In this document: positions 13,323 to 24,102 of the stretch, piece by piece | Numbering within the stretch: position 1 is the stretch's first letter | Layout of the letters: each line of letters starts with the position of its first letter | Assembly: GCA_000320545.1 (NCBI GenBank) | Contig: ADNK01002490.1 | Location: forward strand, 21,440-85,439 | Source: Bigelowiella natans CCMP2755 | Lineage: Eukaryota; Protista; Cercozoa | Length of the DNA: 64,000 bases | Direction: 5' to 3' | Made by a program: the position numbers and the translations under genes | The notes under the pieces: model-generated | What the model saw: only the letters and a program-made list of their open reading frames with translations | Database searches by the model: none | What the model was told of the DNA's origin: nothing

Positions 13323-13750
13323 TACATAATTAACACAGTGACTCTCAGGTAATGTATCAAACAGTAGAAACGAATGCACACAACTGTATCTAGTTTCCAT
13401 CGCCATTATAATACTAACAGAATTTCCAACAATAGTAATAATAATCTGCTGGTACTGCTGCTGCTACTACTACTACTGCTACAAGTAATAGTAGTTGTAC
13501 CTCATCGGAAAAGTAGCGTATTCGTCGGAACTCTCCCACTGTGCGGTCATATCGCTTTTCTCGATACTGCATGATGCACACATAGTTTACACAATATACA
13601 TTTTATTAAAATATATCCCCACACTTGCACATATACACACACTCACACACACATACTTACACAATCATACTGACCAAATCATCTGCTTCATTCGGATGAT
13701 GACCTAACTGGTTCCGTCTCTAAGATATGTGTTTTTCATCAATACTTGAC

Positions 13751-13794
<44 letters not shown>

Positions 13795-14044
13795 ACACAC
13801 ACACAAAAGCATACATATGTTTCTACACGCACATATATCTGTAATAATTTTGTTTTGTTTTTCATCGCCATCATCATCATTATCATCATCATCATCGTTT
13901 AACACAGCCGCCGTCGGTGATCTTACCTGTCTCGTTTCCTCCGTTTCAAATGGCGGTACTATTAACATCGAGGCCATCATCGTGTGCTGCACATTACATT
14001 GAAGGCGACGAATACCGTGAGGAAGACGAAGAAGAAGAAGAAGA

Positions 14045-14077
<33 letters not shown>

Positions 14078-14437
14078 TGATGATGAAAATGGTAATAACG
14101 ATGATGATTATAATTCTGATTCATTCATTCTGAGTATGTCATCTTTTGTCTTCGAATTTGCTTGCTTCTTTCTGCTCGCTTGTTTCTATTACCAATGGTC
14201 TTTCCGTATTCAGTCCTTCTTCTTCCTAAGAATGATATATTGGACAGCAGCGCAACTTTTAACTGTACGTGTATACACACGTACACACGCACACACGCGC
14301 GTGCACACATGCACAGACACAAACACACAGCATATAAACCTGTTTTCTGAGCAGTTCATGGCAAGTCTTGATCACCTGACAATTTATGGAACATTTCAGT
14401 ATCGTGGAGGGAGAGCAATATCGTTCAATCGCTCGAG

Positions 14438-14494
<57 letters not shown>

Positions 14495-15816
14495 AATGTG
14501 AATAAGACGAAGAAAGGGAATCGAGGATAATGAACTCACTAACAGCAGTAATAGCAGTACCTTTTCTCGAAACATACGATGAAGTGATTTCGCTAATGGA
14601 TACATAGAGGTGGGCGTAAGTGAGAGAATAGGGAGATAAAGCATAAAACCCCGTATTTACAATAGTAGTAGCAGCATACATTATTCTTACAAATATAAAT
14701 AAAGCGTCATTGCAGCAGTGAGTTATACCAACAATTCCATTTTTGTTTCCATTTTCATTGCTGCTGCTATCACTACTACTACTTCTACTATCACTACCAG
14801 GCATCAATTTCAGTCGTATCTGTTCGTCGTGAAGAATTCTGCGCGTCTCCTCGATATTCATGCGCTCTTGGAAATACAACCCCCACATAACAAACACAAA
14901 CACTATCATTGGCTGGAATTTAGGTCGTAACAAAATTGTTGATTTCGATTAAAACAATAAAGTCATGAGGAACGCACTGAATTTTCCCTTCTTGTATCTG
15001 GGGTTCCTATTGTCATTGCTGTCGGAATCGCTATCACCTTTTCGGAGTGGTAGTTTGGGCGTGTGTGTGCGTGTGATTGATTATTCGCGTGCGGATGAAC
15101 GAGGTATCGAAGTGCATTTAAAAATTGATTTACTTACTCTTGGAGGTAGATATCTCCAATGGTGGCTGATTCAACGGAATGATTGTCCCAGTGTAGCGAA
15201 ATTCGTCATCCTCTTCTCCTGCTACCTTTACATCGCCATTGTGGGCCTCTCCTTCTTCTTGAACTTCTCTACTTTCGATATTGTTTTCCATTTCATCATT
15301 TTCGTCTCCTTCTTCTTCTCCTCCTCCTCCTCCTCCTTCTCCTCCTCCTTCTCCCAGTCCATTTCCCCTTGCTGCTGCGCCTTCCTCTGGGCTGTTGGTA
15401 TAGTTCATTTCCTGGTCGCTGCCTCTATCTTCTTCCTGCACTCCTGGAGCTTCACCCACAAGTAATTCCTCGTTATTTTCTTCATAATGGCCTTCTTCGC
15501 CACTATCGCCACCCCTCAACAGGTATGTGGTGTGGTATTTCCTACCACCGTGTAGTAATTATTGATTCAGGTGAGCGAGTGCAGACTTTGTGAGAACGTT
15601 GCTACCAACTAGACACTAAGTAATATGAAGTTACTACCTCGGAAATAGGCTGGATCGTCTGTGGAGAATGCGTCTTCTTGGTCTTAAAATGATAGCTCGC
15701 AGAGCTTCGTCATCATCATAGCCCTTTGCCTCTGCAGCAGCGAAGTCTCGGCTTTGCTTCCTCGTCTCTCTGGGCCATGTCGCCAATAAGACAAGAGCCA
15801 AGAGGCCCCACCACAT
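11100..15816 (-). CDS. Hypothetical multi-exon protein with signal peptide, Arg-rich segment, LLRGG and long acidic tract; 3' end unresolved
   Basis: Exon 1 is MWWGLLALVLLATWP...ILRPRRRILHRRSSLFPR. In-phase GT-AG exons follow (KYHTTYLLRGGDSGEEG...; ERMNIEETRRILHDEQIRL; VIKTCHELLRKQ; YREKRYDRTVGEFRRIRYFSDE; ...HDKWRKIKLDW...). No recognisable domain. Confidence 0.6.
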
Positions 15817-16179
15817 CGATTCTCCAAGAATAAAGTTATCTTACAGGATCCAGGCGCATGTAAGCAGGTGGTCAGATAGGGGGTGATTTGCTTAGCATGA
15901 GGGTGCCGTGTTCAAAGTTATGCTCGTCGGCCCGAGAGCCTGGGGCGGGTGGCAATTCTTACAATCGAAATGGCCATGTTCTCGATAGAACGACAATGGA
16001 TGATAGCGACAAACCGCTGATATGCTGTGTCATGTTTTATTTCCCCCCTACGTCATATCCCCCAGCATGTCGCCATGCATGCTTGTCCATTGTTTAATGT
16101 TGAAAAACATTTGGTTTTGTGCTGTATTTTGGAGATACGACAAGAGTCAAGAGCGTTGATCGGAGAAAATAAGATAGAA

Positions 16180-17866
16180 GCGGCAATGGACTGAGAAGGC
16201 CTTCCCGCATGAGATGGGACCCGGGCGCGATGGTCTACACAAAGCTGGTCTTATCTTCGTTAACTAATGTTCTACACGCTGAACACCCGAATTGATAAAG
16301 AAAATTTCGAATCTTTTCGAAAACATACTAATGGTCATCAGTGAGAGCGTATCGGGAGAGGGAGAGAGGTGAGGATGGCCACACGTACTTCAGGAACAAG
16401 AACCGCAAGGTCGTCTTTAATATGAATTATGATGAGGCTATAAGTAGACGAAACCAGACTTATCAATTAGACGCAAAAATCTATGTCTCAGGTCAAAGAG
16501 CAGCAAGAGGAAGCTGTTAAGGGTGCAGAAACCAACCTCATTTTCAAGAAGTGGGTCGAATCTATGATAGCTTATGAACAATCCAAGAACTCACATTTTG
16601 AAATTCTCAGTGTCGTAGTATACGTTAATGGCTATACACGCCCATCGGCACGGGAGTTAGAAACGCTCGTATGGAGGTACTGTAACTAACGGTTTCTTTT
16701 CCAAAGCTAAGTCATAGAACTTGTTCTCAGATATGGGGGACAAGTGGAGAAAATGGACAGCTCCCGGGTCACCCATATGGTATGAGATAATGTGAATGCA
16801 GTGCAATCACTGTTTCTAACCAGTAAATTTTGCTTTCTTAAAATGAAGATTGCGAACACGCTCCCCTCGGCAAAAATCTGGCGCATAGTAGAGAAAAAAT
16901 CCATCCATAAACCGGTTTGTAAATCCCACTGACTCTTTCATTGTAAGATTTTATCGTTCTGAGTATCTTTGCATTGGCATGACTGGTTGCTTGCATTGAT
17001 CTTCACACTCTTCTTACGACGCAGATCGTCAGACCAGAGTGGGTGCTTGACAGCGTGCGGCAAGGAAAGCTACAGGCGCCCGCGTCATACTTGCTTACGC
17101 AGCTCGCTCCAGGCCGAACTGTCTCACAAATGTTCCGTCGTCAGGATGTAAGAAAAGCACAGCTCGCTCCGGGCCAACCTATATCGCAAATATTTCGTCG
17201 CAAGGATGTAAGGTTAGAAGGGGGCGCAGGCACCACCTCCGAATCAGGGACGTGTAGAGCGAGAGCTGGGTACAAGAGGACTAGGATAAGCGGGACCAGC
17301 GGCAGAACGAAGCAAGAAGTACAGAGAGATTTTAGTCACAACTGTCACAGCACAAGCACAAGCACAGGCGTTGATACTTCGTCTGTCTCACGAGAAGTGG
17401 AAGAAGAGAAGCAGGTGGAGGAGGAGAATACGAAAGTACGACCCCGAAAAAGCAGCAACTTTGTAAAGGCGCAACCATTACAGGAGGATGCGACTCGAGA
17501 GCGAAAGTCGTGCGCCAGCCGAACCACGAGATCGAGCCCACATCGAAGCATTTCTTCCCAAAGACCGGTGCCTGGAAATGAAGAGAAGGATAAAATACGA
17601 ACGGAGGCAATAATTGGTGCTGATTCTAAAATTGTTCCACTGCCATCTGATACAGCGGATGGTATTCATACGGCTGCTCCAACTGCTAGTTCGCTACCCT
17701 CTTCTTCTTCTTCTTCTTCTTCTTTTGTTCCTGCGAATTCTATTGCTGCAGCTGACGCTGTCGTCGCGGACTTACAAACGGTGACAGCTTCATCGGCATC
17801 CTCACCGTCTTTTCCGCATCTTCCCTCTTCTTCTTCTACATTTTTTCCCTCCTCCTCCACTCCCTC

Positions 17867-17897
<31 letters not shown>

Positions 17898-19531
17898 CTA
17901 GTATCTGCACGGCCTTGGTTCAGTATGGAGAAGGGAGCCGATTGGGAAAGAGTTCTACGCGATCTGGGCTTGCGATCTGCAAGCATCGATAGAAGGATTA
18001 TCACTAGCAATGAGAAAATTTCCCATGGTGCTGCTACACCCACTCCATTAGACCCTTTGACGCCCCTTCCTCCTCCCCCTCCTCCTCCTCCTCCACGTCC
18101 TTCCCATTCTGTTACTGCTTCGACTGCACAACAGCCCCTTTCATTCAGAGTTCTGAGCTCTCGAAGCGGCAGCCTTAGCGGTAGCACTAGTAATTTTCGC
18201 AGCAGAAGCAGTACGGCCTCAAGTACACATGAGCGTGTATATCGACGGCACATCATGGCATCCTTTATTCCATTCAACCGTTCGCTTCTCGTGGTCCAGG
18301 ATACGTTGTCCTCCGGTGCACAAGGTTGTTTGAAGGGCTACTTTCCAGCACTGTGCTTGTGTGCGTGTATGCGTGTGTGCGTGTTTATCTCTAGCATCTG
18401 ATGTCGAATCACACTATTTTTTACTACTACTGAAAGGTGGGGGAGAATGTATCCTTTACGTTAAAGTAAAAGCTCCGGTGGACGAGGAATGTGTGGTTGG
18501 TTGTGCTGATAAAGACCGACCACAGGATCTACTAACAGGGCAATTAACAGCGAAAAGAAAAGGGGAAGAAAAAGCAGTAGTTGGACCGCCACCATCACCC
18601 ACGATGCTTGAGTCAACAGTAACAACGAAGAATAAGAAAAGTAGCTCTTCTGCTTTTAGGGCCCCTCATATCACCCTCTACAATGTTCTGGGACAATTCA
18701 CTGACCATATCGAGCCAGTATCCGGCTTAGAGGTACGACTTAGGAAGGGGGGAGGTTCGGTATTGAGCTTTATTGAGATCATAAAATTTTAATACTACAC
18801 TTTAAGACCGATGCGAACATGGTGTTTTGTGCTGTACTTCTTGTAACAAGCAAGGATTAACAACATGCCTTCCTTGTTTGTGATCGGTGGGATAATTTGG
18901 GGGGGGGGGATTGCGGTCAGGCCTACGCTCATTTTCCAGTCCCCATATTGGAATCCGGAGCATCTTGCATCGCCTGCAAGATCGCAGATGCGTTTGGAGA
19001 TGCAGAAAGGAAGAGTACATCGTCTGTAAAGAAGAAGAGATTGAATCAGCAGCAGCAGCAGCAGCAGCAGCAGGAATGGAAGCGACATCATCAACAGCAA
19101 CCACAGCAGCAACAACTACCACAACAGCCACGACAAATCGTTCTTTACGGACTAGGAACCACGCGCCTGCAGGCATATTTGAACGCTCACCGTCGCTTTC
19201 ACGACACTGCTGCGACAGCGGCTAAAATCGGCAAGGCGGCCCCAAAACGTGATAGATACAATGATCAGAAACTGCTTCTATCAGAACTTCCGCATATAGG
19301 TCACATATTGCGGTCAAAGCTCCAAAAGGCAGGAATTCTCTCCCTTTCGGAAATGCGTATTTACATCAAAAAGGCTGTTGTAGCTTTGGGAGGTAGGAAA
19401 GATGGAAAAGAAAATAGCCTCTCATCAGATCGAAGTGCAGAGGTCAAGCTGCTTTTCAGTCTTCTTCATGGTGATAACCGTCGCCAAACCAATGCAAGTC
19501 CCAGCTGCACGCCCACTCGTAATCCTATGCG

Positions 19532-19583
<52 letters not shown>

Positions 19584-21389
19584 CGTGTGTGTGTGTTTAT
19601 GCCGTATAAACGAGTATTCATTTTGTTCGAAGTTTGAATTTCTTGAGAGAAGTTGATGAGCACAAACATTACACCCAGCGGCCACCACCCACCAACACCT
19701 GTGTTGATGCGTTGATCAGATTACGGATCTAAAGGAGGGGGTGAAAGAGGAGGAGGAGGAGAAGAAAGCGGGCAACAGTTGATCGATCCAGATGTCCTAG
19801 CCGCACTTATCCCCACTTCCCTATCAGCATCATCGTCCCTTCCATCACCACGTAGACAGGATGGAGAAGATAGCAACAACCAGCAGCGGCAGCATAGGCT
19901 GCTGCATAAGCAACTAAAACCCCCTCCCGACAAGGATATGATAATAGATACTGATGTGGAGGCAGTCGTATCAGCTTCTACGGATCCTCACTCTGCTCAA
20001 GAACCTACAATAAATCGTAGCAACGACGATGCTCAGCAGCAACGACAACAACAGCAGCAGCAGCAGCAGCAGCAGCATCAACCCGCACAAGAAGCCACAG
20101 GGTCATTCATGGCATCATCTGGATCATCAAATCGCCTCGATCTTCGCGGGCAGCGACAGCGAAAACCAGGGCTAAGACGGGATTGGAATGCGCTACCTGC
20201 GTTCCACGAGCTAAGCAAGGACGTTGTCCGAGAGCTCCCAAAGCACATCCGCCAGGAGTTGGCAGCTTGGTATAAGAAGCAGCACTCTGCTAGCGCCGAA
20301 CCCAAGAAGAAGGAGAACGATGGCAGCGCAAGTAGCGGAGGGGGGAATCATGATACTGCGGGTGCTAATAGTGGACATGCAGTCAATGATAGCAATTATC
20401 AACGAGCGGGAGGCGGTGGTAATGAAGATGTTAGCGGTGAGGGGCCGCATTCCGGCCTACTATTTCACCAGCAGCAAAAGGAAAAGAAGAAGAGGAAGAA
20501 GCGATATCGACCGCCTAGCTTCGCAGAGATGGACCCTGAATTTATCAAAGAGCTGCCAGAAAGCATTCGCCACGAGATCGAGCAGCAGCAGCAGGAGCTC
20601 GAAAGGAGGAGAAAGAGACAGCGTGCTCGGGCGACGACAACACGGGCGATGACGAAGCCCATTGGGGAGTACATGAAAGCTGTGAGTACCACGAAAACCA
20701 CCTCCTCCACGATGCCCACAAAATCGCATACTATATCATCGGCAACAGTTCCAGTAGGGAACGACGGCTTTATGAAGAAGTCTAAGAAGAAGGAAAAAAA
20801 GAGAAGAATAAGGAGTTTGGCAAGCGAAATCTCAGTCTTGCAGCTAGACCCCGCAACGATGGCTGAGCTACCAGAGAGCATTCGAGAGGATCTTCTGAGA
20901 TCTCTTGGTCGCCGTCGACGTCAAAACAAGAATAGTGGGGGGGGGAGTAGAAGAGAAGGGATACAGAAGATACGGCAGAAGTCACAGCGCAACTATGGCA
21001 CGACTCTCACTAGCTCGTCATCATCCTCCCCCTTGAAAGTGACCCGTAATAGCGTGGAAGAAGAAGGACGCGACAGCGGCTCACACCTCTTCCCCTCCTC
21101 CTCTCTGCTACTTGCTCCAGACTCCAGTATCCGTGAGATGCTAGCTGCTCTCTTTGGCCAAATGGGCAACGAAAAAGATGCTGTGGGCGGGCTGCGAAGA
21201 GCCTTGTGCCAACTTCTCGAGTTCGAGGGGGACATGTGCACGGTGCAGAAGGTGCTCATCTCTCTCAGAGTTTTGGCGCAGTATGGAAAGGTTTCTAAGG
21301 GGGCGTATAACCAAGTGCTTATGGAAGTTCAAGCGAAGGTTTGTGACGACTTCGGGGCGAGGCTAGCAGAACCAGCACCTCTTCTATGA
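16180..21389 (+). CDS. REV1: REV1 homologue: BRCT, degenerate Y-family core, four UBM-like motifs, C-terminal domain; start codon uncertain
   Basis: YFRNKNRK|VKEQ...IFKNVVVYVNGYTRPSARELETLVWRYGG...VTHM|IANTLPSAK...IVRPEWVLDSVRQGKL is the REV1 BRCT. Core remnants: FTDHIEPVSGLE|AY, GLGTTRLQAYL, LSELPHIGHILRSKLQKAGI. UBMs include MDPEFIKELPESIRHEI and LDPATMAELPESIREDL. CTD: ...GDMCTVQKVLISL...AYNQVLMEVQAKVCDDFGARL. Stop at 21387-21389. Confidence 0.88.
17099..17212 (+). repeat. 60-bp in-frame tandem duplication just after the REV1 BRCT
   Basis: QLAPGRTVSQMFRRQDVR / QLAPGQPISQIFRRKDVR; agctcgctcc recurs exactly 60 nt apart (17101, 17161). Confidence 0.9.
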
Positions 21390-21584
21390 TGCTTGTGTGG
21401 ATAATAATTTTGAATAGTTGCTCGCTCCTTGAGCGACGGATTTGTGTGGCACAAGCGTGGCCTTATACACCTTGTTCTTCATATAAATCTAAAAAATAAA
21501 ATAAGTGAAAAGCGATGGATCATTATTGCTCACAAAACCAATCGCGACAACACTCTACGAACAAAATCAGAATCGGAATCTATC

Positions 21585-23110
21585 ATGCATGCGCGCTAGC
21601 GCGAGCATGCGTATGTAGATGCACCATGCTATCTCATAGTCTAGTAGTGTGCGCAGATGCGCAATGAACGGCTAGACAAAAATGTGTCACAAAATGTGTA
21701 TTTCAGTGCCGCATCTCCCAACAAAACTGCGACGCTACGCACAATGGTGGAATGCTTGCATGCATGTGCAGTCTGTGCAGTCGCTACGACGCACAAAACA
21801 AGCATGCTCTTATCATTAGCTAGTTAGCCTTCCTCAAATTACAGCTAGCCGCAAGCAAGCACGATGTCGTGCAGACAATCTGCGTGACACACACATCTAG
21901 ACATTGTAAGCACACACGTTCACTCTGACTGACTGTCAACACATTGCACATCACACGTCCGGACGTGCATGCTGTACACATGCAACAACAGCACTGACTT
22001 TGCAGCTGTACATGTGATGCGGCGGCGGCGCCGCAGTGAACCCATGATCGCATTGATGTGCGATCGCACATGTCTAGACGTGTGCGTGATTATTGTGCTT
22101 GTTGCGATCGTAATAAAATGCTATGCGTGCATTGCTAGATTGCCTTTGTTGTGAATGCAACTTAGCTAGATTGCACCCGTTGCACATCTGCAATTGCAAA
22201 GGTGCACAAGACAAATTCCGACCAGCACAGTATGCGGCATGCACTTCATCGAACGTGTTGCTAGATTTAGCCAGCGCTAGCATGCCTCCACAGTAGCACA
22301 CAGCGCGACGCAGCAATGAGAAATGTGCAGTGACACAAGCTGTCTAGCTGTGCACATGACGAATGCTACACATGTTTGTTTTCTTGTGTCACACCGCGCG
22401 GCATGCGATGTCACGTGCTCCCGTGCACGCTGCAGCTACAGACGCTCTAGCGCTGAATCGTTAGATCGCACAATTCGTGTGCGCATGTGCGTGTGTGTCG
22501 ATCTCACTGCAGCAGTGATGGCGTCAAAACGTTGCTAGCAGACAAATGAACAACCAAACAGGACTGGAGGAAGAACTAGAGAACGCACGACATGCATGAA
22601 CGCCTCATCATTGTCAGATCTTGCAGCAAGCAAGCTTCGAAGGGGAACGTAGAGGAACATCGCCGTGGTGGAGCTCGAAGGATGAGCATGCTAGCATGTG
22701 CATCAGTTGCCAAACAGGGCTTGTCGAGTTGTGTCCTGTTCAATCCTGTCGCAAAATGACTGAGACAATGACGCTCATTGACGTGCAACCATGCACGGGC
22801 AGAAGTAACAACAGCAGGTAAGCATCGAGGTGCTGCCTCGAGCTCCTGCACGCTAGGGTTTTGTCCAGACTGTATTTTGAGGATCGCTGAAAATGGAGAG
22901 AGCGGCGCTTCTCGCTGTTGCTGCAAAACGTCCCACACTCTAACGAGTTACGCAATGAAGACATCCGTAAAGCCTCCTCAGCAGTTACAAAACAGGTCAA
23001 ACTGCAGCTGCCAGCACAAATTAAGGCAATTTATCAACATATGTGATTACATCATTTTCAAATTACTGGCGCTTGCGGCGGCGGTCCCGCGCGGCGCAAC
23101 CCGCACATAG
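21585..23110. repeat. Degenerate intergenic island between convergent REV1 and glucosidase II genes; possible TE relic
   Basis: Strong CC/GG depletion, three variants of a 14-bp palindrome (21892, 21954, 22069), and stop-riddled coding-like sequence at 22550-23050. Confidence 0.55.
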
Positions 23111-23157
23111 CAGCGCTTCAGTCAATTTGAAGCTGATCAGGGAGTGGATATAATATG

Positions 23158-23199
<42 letters not shown>

Positions 23200-23308
23200 C
23201 TAAGAATAAAGTAGGCGTAGTATCTTTTAATAATGAGAGCTGTTATTTTCCCAGTTTACATCCATTACCATTGCGACATTATCCGCATTAGCGAAACTCC
23301 CGTACGCT

Positions 23309-24068
23309 TCAATTAAATTTAATCTTCCACCCCCCAGCTATTGGCACCTCGGGTTTTCGTACTATGAGGACATCTCGGTTAGCCCCGCTTACGACAAGAC
23401 CCAGATCCGTTTCCTGATTTCCAGTTACGGAAACCGCGGACATCGCCGAGAGTTGTTCCATGCTTCCCAAGCCAACGACGACAATGCGCTCGATCACATT
23501 GGCGGTTTCGAAACCCGTGTCTTGGATAGTCTGGGCTGATAGAACCATCTTTGCGAAAGAGAACTCCACACGTTTCAGCTTGCTGTAGATGGTAACAACA
23601 TAACAGCGGCACAATATTTTAGCGCTCATTCAGTCAAATACCAGCAGGTGCATATATGCAGCAAAGAAACGATGTATTTCTAAATGGCCAAGTGCGGAAC
23701 GCTCTTGAGAAACACAAACCTGTTCATCGACTCGCCATCATCGAGGTATATGCTACCGGAGGCTGTTTTCCCAGCATCAAGAATCACATACAATGTGTAC
23801 GGATCCTTCTTCATTACTAGACTGTTACGACGCGCGCGCTCCTTCGTTGGGATAATGCGGCCGCCTCGGAAGTAAATTGGGATCTTCTCAAGCGGTGCCT
23901 TGACCGTGGCAGTGCGTGGCCCTTCGAATTTGTGGAACGTCTGCCAATCGTACCTGAAAAAAAAAACCCCGCTATCATCACAAATCATCATCATAATGCC
24001 ATTCCTTTGCATCACGCGTTCAACGATGCACACATCCTCACCATGCACCACCGGTATAATTTGCACAT

Positions 24069-24102
<34 letters not shown>

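Noticed and set aside
4126-14495. Many short ORFs with YIYIYI, CVCVCV, HTHTHT, poly-M or poly-H runs
   Set aside because: They are translations of intronic microsatellites, not proteins.
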